From: Nitrosopumilus sp.
GTDB lineage: Archaea > Thermoproteota > Nitrososphaeria > Nitrososphaerales > Nitrosopumilaceae
Length of the DNA: 64,000 nucleotides
Direction: 5' to 3'
NCBI GenBank assembly: GCA_965249555.1
Contig: OZ252243.1
Span: 2,112,001-2,176,000, forward strand
The translations under genes were made by a program, and so were the position numbers. The notes under the pieces are model-generated. The model made no database searches. It was given only the letters and a program-made list of their open reading frames with translations, and was not told the DNA's origin. Below, one piece after another: positions 33,047 through 42,755 of the stretch (positions within the stretch are counted from its first letter, which is position 1; every line of letters begins with the position of its first letter).

Positions 33047-33257
33047 CTCCGTTGTCTTTATCCCACATTCTTTGTTTTGAGTTTTTTCCGATATTTTCTA
33101 TTACAAGTTGGATTACACTTGGAATGCCAAGTCCGAACCCCAGTGCTTGCAGCAACTCCGCATGCATAACTGTTCCGCCTACAACGCTTAGTGCCCCACC
33201 TGCAGTAAACACAATCAGAAACACATTCATATCAGTCATGGGGATCATGTGTCTCAT
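33027..33257 (-). CDS. Small two-TM protein (deleted in the sister cassettes)
   Basis: 76-aa hydrophobic ORF present only in this copy. Confidence 0.55.
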   Translation of the reverse strand: MRHMIPMTDMNVFLIVFTAGGALSVVGGTVMHAELLQALGFGLGIPSVIQLVIENIGKNSKQRMWDKDNGDENYKW

Positions 33258-33278
33258 CTGTATGCTCCTCTTAAAAAA

Positions 33279-33512
33279 CTAAGAGACATGTACAAGCTCT
33301 GATTCTGCAGATAGTTTCTGCAACATTTTTACTGCAATGACATGCGAGCATCCCCCTCGAAACTTGAATCCCATACATTCGCATATCTCATCATTTATGA
33401 TGTATGATCTTCCAGGAGTGGATGCATTTACCTGGTAGGTATCATCATCAATCTGAATGATGCATTTTGTGTCTATGAGATTCTGTGCCTTTTTCTCCGT
33501 GAATTCAGACAT
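33279..33512 (-). CDS. SWIM zinc-finger protein
   Basis: CxC..CxH. Confidence 0.75.
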   Translation of the reverse strand: MSEFTEKKAQNLIDTKCIIQIDDDTYQVNASTPGRSYIINDEICECMGFKFRGGCSHVIAVKMLQKLSAESELVHVS

Positions 33513-33562
33513 TACTCACATTGGATGAAGACGTATCAAGGCGGATTTCTGTCGTATCACTC

Positions 33563-33925
33563 TCATAGAGTTGTACAATCTCCATCACACACTCGGGTTT
33601 CTAATGTTGCTCCTGCAAACCAATTACTTTTAGTTAGTTCTTGCAGCTGCTGTCCTACCTTGTTTTCAGATACTCCAGATGCTGATTTGGCAGACCATGT
33701 GATTCCAAGTTCTCTTTGTGTGTGTCCGCATTTCTCCGGTCCGTTGAATCTGATTTCAGTTGGAGCAATTGTCGGATAGTTCGTACCCATTCTGTCTGCA
33801 AGAACTACTCCAAGATGTCTTAGTGGTGTTACCATCTTTTTGAAATCCGTTGCAACTTTTGAGAATTTTCCCGCATCAAACTCTGGTGATACGTAATAGT
33901 AGTGAGTGTAACCCATTAGTTGCAC
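33563..33925 (-). CDS. MGYTHY-type hypothetical protein
   Basis: Paralog of 25178-25540. Confidence 0.6.
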   Translation of the reverse strand: MQLMGYTHYYYVSPEFDAGKFSKVATDFKKMVTPLRHLGVVLADRMGTNYPTIAPTEIRFNGPEKCGHTQRELGITWSAKSASGVSENKVGQQLQELTKSNWFAGATLETRVCDGDCTTL

Positions 33926-34125
33926 TCTACACAGTTACATGACACTGCATGCTGTTCTGGTAATGAGGAATAGTATGCTTCATTTGCAATCTTTTCCTCA
34001 TGACATTGTTGTAGGATTTCAAGTTGTTCTGAACTCCATCCCATGCTAACTATACACTTTGTATGAGAGAGGGGATTTTGTTGTACATTTTTGATACTTG
34101 TATATTGTTGGACCATTCGGTTCAA
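33916..34125 (-). CDS. Small Cys/His protein
   Basis: Paralog of 25531-25749. Confidence 0.6.
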   Translation of the reverse strand: MNRMVQQYTSIKNVQQNPLSHTKCIVSMGWSSEQLEILQQCHEEKIANEAYYSSLPEQHAVSCNCVECN

Positions 34126-34350
34126 CCTCCTATTTCTGAAATAACGTTTCCAGTGGTACGATTCCTGTATGTGAAGTTACTTTTTGAGCATCTCTTTGAG
34201 ATGTCATATTTGTAACTTCAAGGAATTTGAAACCGTTTGTGATTTCAATTATACAATCTCACACCCGTCCGCTGAGTCGGTTCTGAAACTATGTTTCAAA
34301 ATAAAACGGGTTTGGATGGTATGGCTCAGTCAAAAAAAGATGCTGTATGT

Positions 34351-34878
34351 CTACAGCTTGTCTTCTATTCTCTTTAAGATACCTGTCATATCTTTGAGAG
34401 AATTTGATGTCTCTTTCTGAGATGATGCTGTCTCTTTCTGAGATGATGCTATCTCTTTGAGAGAATTTGATGTCTCTTTCTGAGATGATGCTATCTCTTT
34501 CTGAGATGATGCTATCTCTTTGAGAGAATTTGATGTCTCTTTCTGAGATGATGCTATCTCTTTGAGAATTCCAGATGTCTCTATATGGTTTTCTTTGAGA
34601 ATTTTTGTATGGCTCTCAAGGATTTCATTTTGCTCGTTGAATCGCCTGTACAGCTTGTGTGCCACATCTCTTGTTGCAAGCATCATATAGACACCTACGA
34701 CGCCGGCAATAATAAAGGCAGCTCCCAAGGCAATCAGCATTTCATTATATGGGGGCGTGATTCCAAGTGCCAGAATACCTGCTCCCAGACACATTATAAC
34801 AAACAACCAGTGGTTGCCTTTTGTGGTATCTTGTATTTGGGATGAAATCCTTCTTATCTGGTTTTTGATATCTACCAC
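34351..34878 (-). CDS. Family M1 membrane/coiled-coil protein (175 aa)
   Basis: Longest heptad tract. Confidence 0.75.
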   Translation of the reverse strand: MVDIKNQIRRISSQIQDTTKGNHWLFVIMCLGAGILALGITPPYNEMLIALGAAFIIAGVVGVYMMLATRDVAHKLYRRFNEQNEILESHTKILKENHIETSGILKEIASSQKETSNSLKEIASSQKEIASSQKETSNSLKEIASSQKETASSQKETSNSLKDMTGILKRIEDKL

Positions 34879-34955
34879 TTGTAATTTTCATCTCCGTTGT
34901 CTTTATCCCACATTATCCCAGTCATGTGTCTCATCTGTATGCTCATCTTAAAAAA

Positions 34956-35189
34956 CTAAGAGGTATGTACAAGCTCTGGTTCCTTGGACTGTTTCTGCAA
35001 TATTTTTACTGCAATGACATGCGAGCATTCACCTCGAAACTTGAATCCCATACATTCGCATATCTCATCATTTATGATGTATGATCTTCCAGGAGTGGAT
35101 GCGTTTACCTGGTAGGTATCATCATCAATCTGAATGATGCATTTTGTGTCTATGAGATTCTGTGCCTTTTTCTCCGTGAATTCAGACAT
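34956..35189 (-). CDS. SWIM zinc-finger protein
   Basis: CxC..CxH. Confidence 0.75.
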   Translation of the reverse strand: MSEFTEKKAQNLIDTKCIIQIDDDTYQVNASTPGRSYIINDEICECMGFKFRGECSHVIAVKILQKQSKEPELVHTS

Positions 35190-35239
35190 TACTCACATTG
35201 GATGAAGACGTATCAAGGCGGATTTCTGTCGTATCACTC

Positions 35240-35602
35240 TCATAGAGTTGTACAATCTCCATCACACACTCGGGTTTCTAATGTTGCTCCTGCAAACCAA
35301 TTACTTTTAGTTAGTTCTTGCAGCTGTTGTCCTACCTTGTTTTCAGATACTCCAGATGCTGATTTGGCAGGCCATGTGATTCCAAGTTCTCTTTGTGTGT
35401 GTCCGCATTTCTCCGGTCCGTTGAATCTGATTTCAGTTGGAGTAATTGTCGGATAGTTCTCGCCCATTCCGTCTGCAAGAACTACTCCAAGATGTCTTAG
35501 TGGTGTTACCATCTTTTTGAAACCCGTTGCAACTTTTGAGAATTTCCCTGCATCAAACTCTGGTGATACGTAATAGTAGTGAGTGTAACCCATTAGTTGC
35601 AC
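35240..35602 (-). CDS. MGYTHY-type hypothetical protein
   Basis: Paralog. Confidence 0.6.
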   Translation of the reverse strand: MQLMGYTHYYYVSPEFDAGKFSKVATGFKKMVTPLRHLGVVLADGMGENYPTITPTEIRFNGPEKCGHTQRELGITWPAKSASGVSENKVGQQLQELTKSNWFAGATLETRVCDGDCTTL

Positions 35603-35802
35603 TCTACACAGTTACATGACACTGCATGCTGTTCTGGTAATGAGGAATAGTATGCTTCATTTGCAATCTTTTCCTCATGACATTGTTGTAGGATTTCAAG
35701 TTGTTCTGAACTCCATCCCATGCTAACTATACACTTTGTATGAGAGAGGGGATTTTGTTGTACATTTTTGATACTTGTATATTGTTGGACCATTCGGTTC
35801 AA
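35593..35802 (-). CDS. Small Cys/His protein
   Basis: Paralog. Confidence 0.6.
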   Translation of the reverse strand: MNRMVQQYTSIKNVQQNPLSHTKCIVSMGWSSEQLEILQQCHEEKIANEAYYSSLPEQHAVSCNCVECN

Positions 35803-36027
35803 CCTCCTATTTCTGAAATAACGTTTCCAGTGGTACGATTCCTGTATGTGAAGTTACTTTTTGAGCATCTCTTTGAGATGTCATATTTGTAACTTCAAGG
35901 AATTTGAAACCGTTTGTGATTTCAATTATACAATCTCACACCCGTCCGCTGAGTCGGTTCTGAAACTATGTTTCAAAATAAAACGGGTTTGGATGGTATG
36001 GCTCAGTCAAAAAAAGATGCTGTATGT

Positions 36028-36492
36028 CTACAGCTTGTCTTCTATTCTCTTTAAGATACTTGTCATATCTTTGAGAGAATTTGATGTCTCTTTCTGAGAT
36101 GATGCTGTCTCTTTCTGAGATGATGCTATCTCTTTGAGAGAATTTGATGTCTCTTTCTGAGATGATGCTATCTCTTTGAGAATTCCAGATGTCTCTATAT
36201 GGTTTTCTTTGAGAATTTTTGTATGGCTCTCAAGGATTTCATTTTGCTCGTTGAATCGCCTGTACAGCTTGTGTGCCACATCTCTTGTTGCAAGCATCAT
36301 ATAGACACCTACGACGCCGGCAATAATAAAGGCAGCTCCCAAGGCAATCAGCATTTCATTATATGGGGGCGTGATTCCAAGTGCCAGAATACCTGCTCCC
36401 AGACACATTATAACAAACAACCAGTGGTTGCCTTTTGTGGTATCTTGTATTTGGGATGAAATCCTTCTTATCTGGTTTTTGGTATCTACCAC
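36028..36492 (-). CDS. Family M1 membrane/coiled-coil protein (154 aa)
   Basis: Paralog. Confidence 0.75.
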   Translation of the reverse strand: MVDTKNQIRRISSQIQDTTKGNHWLFVIMCLGAGILALGITPPYNEMLIALGAAFIIAGVVGVYMMLATRDVAHKLYRRFNEQNEILESHTKILKENHIETSGILKEIASSQKETSNSLKEIASSQKETASSQKETSNSLKDMTSILKRIEDKL

Positions 36493-36566
36493 TTGTAATT
36501 TTCATCTCCGTTGTTATCCCACATTATCCCAGTCATGTGTCTCATCTGTATGCTCCTCTTAAAAAA

Positions 36567-36800
36567 CTAAGAGACATGTACAAGCTCTGGTTCCTTGGAC
36601 TGTTTCTGCAACATTTTTACTGCAATGACATGCGAGCATCCCCCTCTAAACTTGAATCCCATACATTCGCATATCTCATCATTTATGATGTATGATCTTC
36701 CAGGAGTGGATGCGTTTACCTGGTAGGTATCATCATCAATCTGAATGATGCATTTTGTGTCTATGAGATTCTGTGCCTTTTTCTCCGTGAATTCAGACAT
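36567..36800 (-). CDS. SWIM zinc-finger protein
   Basis: CxC..CxH; start at MSEFT. Confidence 0.75.
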   Translation of the reverse strand: MSEFTEKKAQNLIDTKCIIQIDDDTYQVNASTPGRSYIINDEICECMGFKFRGGCSHVIAVKMLQKQSKEPELVHVS

Positions 36801-36850
36801 TGCCCACATTGGATGAAGACGTATCAAGGCGGATTTCTGTCGTATCACTC

Positions 36851-37213
36851 TCATAGAGTTGTACAATCTCCATCACACACTCGGGTTTCTAATGTTGCTC
36901 CTGCAAACCAATTACTTTTAGTTAGTTCTTGCAGCTGCTGTCCTACCTTGTTTTCAGATACTCCAGATGCTGATTTGGCAGGCCATGTGATTCCAAGGTC
37001 TCTTTGTGTGTGTCCGCATTTCTCCAGTCCGTTGAATCTGATTTCAGTTGGAGTAATTGTCGGATAGTTCTCACCCATTCTGTCTGCAAGAACTACTCCA
37101 AGATGTCTTAGTGGTGTTACCATCTTTTTGAAACCCGTTGCAACTTTTGAGAATTTTTCCGCATCAAACTCTGGTGATACGTAATAGTAGTGAGTGTAAC
37201 CCATTAGTTGCAC
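36851..37213 (-). CDS. MGYTHY-type hypothetical protein
   Basis: Paralog. Confidence 0.6.
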   Translation of the reverse strand: MQLMGYTHYYYVSPEFDAEKFSKVATGFKKMVTPLRHLGVVLADRMGENYPTITPTEIRFNGLEKCGHTQRDLGITWPAKSASGVSENKVGQQLQELTKSNWFAGATLETRVCDGDCTTL

Positions 37214-37413
37214 TCTACACAGTTACATGACACTGCATACTGTTCTGGTAATGAGGAATAGTATGCTTCATTTGCAATCTTTTCCTCATGACACTGTTGC
37301 AGGATTTCAAGTTGTTCTGAACTCCACCCCATGCTAACTATACACTTTGTATGAGAGAAGGGATTTTGTTGTACATTTTTGATACTTGTATATTGTTGGA
37401 CCATTCGGTTCAA
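37204..37413 (-). CDS. Small Cys/His protein
   Basis: Paralog. Confidence 0.6.
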   Translation of the reverse strand: MNRMVQQYTSIKNVQQNPFSHTKCIVSMGWSSEQLEILQQCHEEKIANEAYYSSLPEQYAVSCNCVECN

Positions 37414-37633
37414 CCTCCTATTTCTGAAATAACGTTTCCAGTGGTACGATTCCTGTATGTGAAGTTACTTTTTGAGCATCTCTTTGAGATGTCATATTTG
37501 TAACTTCAAGGAATAATGTTGAAAATCTATCTTGATTTTCCAATCCATCTCACATCCATCCGCTGAATCGGTTCTGAAACTATGTTTCAAAATAAAACGG
37601 GTTTGGATGGTATGGCTCAGTCAAAAAAATATT

Positions 37634-37849
37634 TCAGATCTGTTGTAGAAGATCTTCTTTTGAGATTTCAGCTTGCTCCAGGATTAGTTTCAAGGTGGAT
37701 TCTCTGATTGGAGAATGCCTGGGTACTGGAACAATATTGCCATCTTTGTTTTGAAGTATGATGTGGCTTCCTCTTTGTCTATTTACAGAATACCCAAATT
37801 TGCTTAATGCCTTTATGACATCACGCCAATTGTGGTTTCTTAGACTCAA
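37634..37849 (-). CDS. hicA: HicA-family toxin
   Basis: VIKALSKFGY..RQRGSHIIL..VPVPRH..TLKLIL. Confidence 0.9.
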   Translation of the reverse strand: MSLRNHNWRDVIKALSKFGYSVNRQRGSHIILQNKDGNIVPVPRHSPIRESTLKLILEQAEISKEDLLQQI

Positions 37850-38064
37850 TTTGGAATCTCTACAATTATTTTCTGATCTGGTTTTGCTTTTTCTTTAATG
37901 GACTCTAGAACCAGAGAAATGACTTCTTTCATGTTTGATTCTAGCTGCTCCATTGTATCTCCTTCACTAATTGCTGCAGGTAATTCAAGGCATCGTCCTG
38001 TGTATCCACCTTCTGATGATTTGATTACCTGGATAGTGAACTTTCTTGTGTCCATGCTTTTCAT
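37846..38064 (-). CDS. hicB: HicB-family antitoxin
   Basis: EGGYTGRCLELPAAISEGDTMEQLESNMKEVI. Confidence 0.9.
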   Translation of the reverse strand: MKSMDTRKFTIQVIKSSEGGYTGRCLELPAAISEGDTMEQLESNMKEVISLVLESIKEKAKPDQKIIVEIPN

Positions 38065-38094
38065 TTTCTTGCTGTTTTACATCCTAAAAAAAGA

Positions 38095-38298
38095 TTAGGA
38101 ATCAAGAATTTTGTTCAATTCCTGCCTTATCTTTTTGAGCGTCTTTTTGTGCTTTCTCTGCCTGATATGATCCTGTGCAACCCCTAGGCTCTTGCATGCA
38201 TCAGACCATTCTCCTCGCTTTTCACATTCCAGGTTTCTTCCTGTGAATTCCCAATCCTCACAGTTCCAGTCAGAGACTGAGATTGAATATTCTGTCAT
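38095..38298 (-). CDS. Small hypothetical protein
   Basis: 67-aa ORF, duplicated at 40652-40855. Confidence 0.55.
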   Translation of the reverse strand: MTEYSISVSDWNCEDWEFTGRNLECEKRGEWSDACKSLGVAQDHIRQRKHKKTLKKIRQELNKILDS

Positions 38299-38623
38299 TA
38301 GTATTCAACCTCTACTGTACCCTTTGTATGAAAGACGTGATTTTGTCGTACATTTTTGATACTTGTATATTGTTGGACCATTCGGTTCAACCTCCTATTC
38401 CTGAAATAACGTTTCCAGTAGTACGATTCCTGTATGTGAAATTACTTTCAGAACATCTCTTTGAGATATCCTGTTTGTAACTTCAAGGAATAATTTTCAT
38501 TGAAACCGTCTGTGATTTCAATTATGTCATCTCACATCCATCCGCTGAGTCGGTTCTGAAACTATGTTTCAAAATAAAATGGGTTTGGATGGTATGGCTC
38601 AGTCAAAAAAAGATGCTGTATGT

Positions 38624-39046
38624 CTACAGCTTGTCTTCTATTCTCTTTAAGATACTTGTCATATCTTTGAGAGAATTTGATGTTTCTTTCTGAGATGATG
38701 CTGTCTCTTTCTGAGATGATGCTATCTCTTTGAGAATTCCAGATATCTCTATATGGTTTTCTTTGAGAATTTTTGTATGGCTCTCAAGGATTTCATTTTG
38801 CTCGTTGAATCGCCTGTACAGCTTGTGTGCCACATCTCTTGTTGCAAGCATCATATAGACACCTACGACGCCGGCAATAATAAAGGCAGCTCCCAAGGCA
38901 ATCAGCATTTCATTATATGGGGGCGTGATTCCAAGTGCCAGAATACCTGCTCCCAGACACATTATAACAAACAACCAGTGGTTGCCTTTTGTGGTATCTT
39001 GTATTTGGAATGAAATCCTTCTTATCTGGTTTTTGATATCTACCAC
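38624..39046 (-). CDS. Family M1 membrane/coiled-coil protein (140 aa)
   Basis: Paralog. Confidence 0.75.
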   Translation of the reverse strand: MVDIKNQIRRISFQIQDTTKGNHWLFVIMCLGAGILALGITPPYNEMLIALGAAFIIAGVVGVYMMLATRDVAHKLYRRFNEQNEILESHTKILKENHIEISGILKEIASSQKETASSQKETSNSLKDMTSILKRIEDKL

Positions 39047-39123
39047 TTGTAATTTTCATCTCCGTTGTCTTTATCCCACATTATCCCAGTCATGTGTCTC
39101 ATCTGTATGCTCCTCTTAAAAAA

Positions 39124-39357
39124 CTAAGAGACATGTACAAGCTCTGGTTCCTTGGACTGTTTCTGCAACATTTTTACTGCAATGACATGCGAGCATCCCC
39201 CTCTAAACTTGAATCCCATACATTCGCATATCTCATCATTTATGATGTATGATCTTCCAGGAGTGGATGCGTTTACCTGGTAGGTATCATCATCAATCTG
39301 AATGATGCATTTTGTGTCTATGAGATTCTGTGCCTTTTTCTCCGTGAATTCAGACAT
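39124..39357 (-). CDS. SWIM zinc-finger protein
   Basis: Paralog. Confidence 0.75.
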   Translation of the reverse strand: MSEFTEKKAQNLIDTKCIIQIDDDTYQVNASTPGRSYIINDEICECMGFKFRGGCSHVIAVKMLQKQSKEPELVHVS

Positions 39358-39407
39358 TGCCCACATTGGATGAAGACGTATCAAGGCGGATTTCTGTCGT
39401 ATCACTC

Positions 39408-39770
39408 TCATAGAGTTGTACAATCTCCATCACACACTCGGGTTTCTAATGTTGCTCCTGCAAACCAATTACTTTTAGTTAGTTCTTGCAGCTGCTGTCC
39501 TACCTTGTTTTCAGATACTCCAGATGCTGATTTGGCAGGCCATGTGATTCCAAGGTCTCTTTGTGTGTGTCCGCATTTCTCCAGTCCGTTGAATCTGATT
39601 TCAGTTGGAGTAATTGTCGGATAGTTCTCACCCATTCTGTCTGCAAGAACTACTCCAAGATGTCTTAGTGGTGTTACCATCTTTTTGAAACCCGTTGCAA
39701 CTTTTGAGAATTTTTCCGCATCAAACTCTGGTGATACGTAATAGTAGTGAGTGTAACCCATTAGTTGCAC
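39408..39770 (-). CDS. MGYTHY-type hypothetical protein
   Basis: Paralog. Confidence 0.6.
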   Translation of the reverse strand: MQLMGYTHYYYVSPEFDAEKFSKVATGFKKMVTPLRHLGVVLADRMGENYPTITPTEIRFNGLEKCGHTQRDLGITWPAKSASGVSENKVGQQLQELTKSNWFAGATLETRVCDGDCTTL

Positions 39771-39970
39771 TCTACACAGTTACATGACACTGCATACTGT
39801 TCTGGTAATGAGGAATAGTATGCTTCATTTGCAATCTTTTCCTCATGACACTGTTGCAGGATTTCAAGTTGTTCTGAACTCCACCCCATGCTAACTATAC
39901 ACTTTGTATGAGAGAAGGGATTTTGTTGTACATTTTTGATACTTGTATATTGTTGGACCATTCGGTTCAA
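39761..39970 (-). CDS. Small Cys/His protein
   Basis: Paralog. Confidence 0.6.
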   Translation of the reverse strand: MNRMVQQYTSIKNVQQNPFSHTKCIVSMGWSSEQLEILQQCHEEKIANEAYYSSLPEQYAVSCNCVECN

Positions 39971-40190
39971 CCTCCTATTTCTGAAATAACGTTTCCAGTG
40001 GTACGATTCCTGTATGTGAAGTTACTTTTTGAGCATCTCTTTGAGATGTCATATTTGTAACTTCAAGGAATAATGTTGAAAATCTATCTTGATTTTCCAA
40101 TCCATCTCACATCCATCCGCTGAATCGGTTCTGAAACTATGTTTCAAAATAAAACGGGTTTGGATGGTATGGCTCAGTCAAAAAAATATT

Positions 40191-40406
40191 TCAGATCTGT
40201 TGTAGAAGATCTTCTTTTGAGATTTCAGCTTGCTCCAGGATTAGTTTCAAGGTGGATTCTCTGATTGGAGAATGCCTGGGTACTGGAACAATATTGCCAT
40301 CTTTGTTTTGAAGTATGATGTGGCTTCCTCTTTGTCTATTTACAGAATACCCAAATTTGCTTAATGCCTTTATGACATCACGCCAATTGTGGTTTCTTAG
40401 ACTCAA
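40191..40406 (-). CDS. hicA: HicA-family toxin (copy 2)
   Basis: Same protein as 37634-37849. Confidence 0.9.
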   Translation of the reverse strand: MSLRNHNWRDVIKALSKFGYSVNRQRGSHIILQNKDGNIVPVPRHSPIRESTLKLILEQAEISKEDLLQQI

Positions 40407-40621
40407 TTTGGAATCTCTACAATTATTTTCTGATCTGGTTTTGCTTTTTCTTTAATGGACTCTAGAACCAGAGAAATGACTTCTTTCATGTTTGATTCTA
40501 GCTGCTCCATTGTATCTCCTTCACTAATTGCTGCAGGTAATTCAAGGCATCGTCCTGTGTATCCACCTTCTGATGATTTGATTACCTGGATAGTGAACTT
40601 TCTTGTGTCCATGCTTTTCAT
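40403..40621 (-). CDS. hicB: HicB-family antitoxin (copy 2)
   Basis: Same protein as 37846-38064. Confidence 0.9.
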   Translation of the reverse strand: MKSMDTRKFTIQVIKSSEGGYTGRCLELPAAISEGDTMEQLESNMKEVISLVLESIKEKAKPDQKIIVEIPN

Positions 40622-40651
40622 TTTCTTGCTGTTTTACATCCTAAAAAAAGA

Positions 40652-40855
40652 TTAGGAATCAAGAATTTTGTTCAATTCCTGCCTTATCTTTTTGAGCGTC
40701 TTTTTGTGCTTTCTCTGCCTGATATGATCCTGTGCAACCCCTAGGCTCTTGCATGCATCAGACCATTCTCCTCGCTTTTCACATTCCAGGTTTCTTCCTG
40801 TGAATTCCCAATCCTCACAGTTCCAGTCAGAGACTGAGATTGAATATTCTGTCAT
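40652..40855 (-). CDS. Small hypothetical protein
   Basis: Duplicate of 38095-38298. Confidence 0.55.
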   Translation of the reverse strand: MTEYSISVSDWNCEDWEFTGRNLECEKRGEWSDACKSLGVAQDHIRQRKHKKTLKKIRQELNKILDS

Positions 40856-41180
40856 TAGTATTCAACCTCTACTGTACCCTTTGTATGAAAGACGTGATTT
40901 TGTCGTACATTTTTGATACTTGTATATTGTTGGACCATTCGGTTCAACCTCCTATTCCTGAAATAACGTTTCCAGTAGTACGATTCCTGTATGTGAAATT
41001 ACTTTCAGAACATCTCTTTGAGATATCCTGTTTGTAACTTCAAGGAATAATTTTCATTGAAACCGTCTGTGATTTCAATTATGTCATCTCACATCCATCC
41101 GCTGAGTCGGTTCTGAAACTATGTTTCAAAATAAAATGGGTTTGGATGGTATGGCTCAGTCAAAAAAAGATGCTGTATGT

Positions 41181-41603
41181 CTACAGCTTGTCTTCTATTC
41201 TCTTTAAGATACTTGTCATATCTTTGAGAGAATTTGATGTTTCTTTCTGAGATGATGCTGTCTCTTTCTGAGATGATGCTATCTCTTTGAGAATTCCAGA
41301 TATCTCTATATGGTTTTCTTTGAGAATTTTTGTATGGCTCTCAAGGATTTCATTTTGCTCGTTGAATCGCCTGTACAGCTTGTGTGCCACATCTCTTGTT
41401 GCAAGCATCATATAGACACCTACGACGCCGGCAATAATAAAGGCAGCTCCCAAGGCAATCAGCATTTCATTATATGGGGGCGTGATTCCAAGTGCCAGAA
41501 TACCTGCTCCCAGACACATTATAACAAACAACCAGTGGTTGCCTTTTGTGGTATCTTGTATTTGGAATGAAATCCTTCTTATCTGGTTTTTGATATCTAC
41601 CAC
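41181..41603 (-). CDS. Family M1 membrane/coiled-coil protein (140 aa)
   Basis: Paralog. Confidence 0.75.
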   Translation of the reverse strand: MVDIKNQIRRISFQIQDTTKGNHWLFVIMCLGAGILALGITPPYNEMLIALGAAFIIAGVVGVYMMLATRDVAHKLYRRFNEQNEILESHTKILKENHIEISGILKEIASSQKETASSQKETSNSLKDMTSILKRIEDKL

Positions 41604-41680
41604 TTGTAATTTTCATCTCCGTTGTCTTTATCCCACATTATCCCAGTCATGTGTCTCATCTGTATGCTCCTCTTAAAAAA

Positions 41681-41914
41681 CTAAGAGACATGTACAAGCT
41701 CTGGTTCCTTGGACTGTTTCTGCAACATTTTTACTGCAATGACATGCGAGCATCCCCCTCGAAACTTGAATCCCATACATTCGCATATCTCATCATTTAT
41801 GATGTATGATCTTCCAGGAGTGGATGCGTTTACCTGGTAGGTATCATCATCAATCTGAATGATGCATTTTGTGTCTATGAGATTCTGTGCCTTTTTCTCT
41901 GTGAATTCAGACAT
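41681..41914 (-). CDS. SWIM zinc-finger protein
   Basis: Paralog. Confidence 0.75.
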   Translation of the reverse strand: MSEFTEKKAQNLIDTKCIIQIDDDTYQVNASTPGRSYIINDEICECMGFKFRGGCSHVIAVKMLQKQSKEPELVHVS

Positions 41915-41964
41915 TGCCCACATTGGATGAAGACGTATCAAGGCGGATTTCTGTCGTATCACTC

Positions 41965-42327
41965 TCATAGAGTTGTACAATCTCCATCACACACTCGGGT
42001 TTCTAATGTTGCTCCTGCAAACCAATTACTTTTAGTTAGTTCTTGCAGCTGCTGTCCTACCTTGTTTTCAGATACTCCAGATGCTGATTTGGCAGGCCAT
42101 GTGATTCCAAGTTCTCTTTGTGTGTGTCCGCATTTCTCCGGTCCGTTGAATCTGATTTCAGTTGGAGTAATTGTCGGATAGTTCTCACCCATTCTGTCTG
42201 CAAGAACTACTCCAAGATGTCTTAGTGGTGTTACCATCTTTTTGAAACCCGTTGCAACTTTTGAGAATTTTTCCGCATCAAACTCTGGTGATACGTAATA
42301 GTAGTGAGTGTAACCCATTAGTTGCAC
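41965..42327 (-). CDS. MGYTHY-type hypothetical protein
   Basis: Paralog. Confidence 0.6.
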   Translation of the reverse strand: MQLMGYTHYYYVSPEFDAEKFSKVATGFKKMVTPLRHLGVVLADRMGENYPTITPTEIRFNGPEKCGHTQRELGITWPAKSASGVSENKVGQQLQELTKSNWFAGATLETRVCDGDCTTL

Positions 42328-42527
42328 TCTACACAGTTACATGACACTGCATGCTGTTCTGATAATGAGGAACAGTATGCTTCATTTGCAATCTTTTCCT
42401 CATGACACTGTTGCAGGATTTCAAGTTGTTCTGAACTCCACCCCATGCTAACTATACACTTTGTATGAGAGAGGGGATTTTGTTGTACATTTTTGATACT
42501 TGTATATTGTTGGACCATTCGGTTCAA
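42318..42527 (-). CDS. Small Cys/His protein
   Basis: Paralog. Confidence 0.6.
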   Translation of the reverse strand: MNRMVQQYTSIKNVQQNPLSHTKCIVSMGWSSEQLEILQQCHEEKIANEAYCSSLSEQHAVSCNCVECN

Positions 42528-42755
42528 CCTCCTATTGCTGAAATAACGTTTCCAGTGGTACGATTCCTGTATGTGAAGTTACTTTTTGAGCATCTCTTTG
42601 AGATGTCATATTTGTAACTTCAAGGAATTTGAAACCGTTTGTGATTTCAATTATACAATCTCACACCCGTCCGCTGAGTCGGTTCTGAAACTATGTTTCA
42701 AAATAAAACGGGTTTGGATGGTATGGCTCAGTCAAAAAATGTGGTGTTTGAAAAC

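Noticed and set aside
24101-42739. Integron with attC sites
   Set aside because: No tyrosine integrase in the window, no RYYYAAC/GTTRRRY boxes recognised, and the repeats supply the SD and start codons themselves
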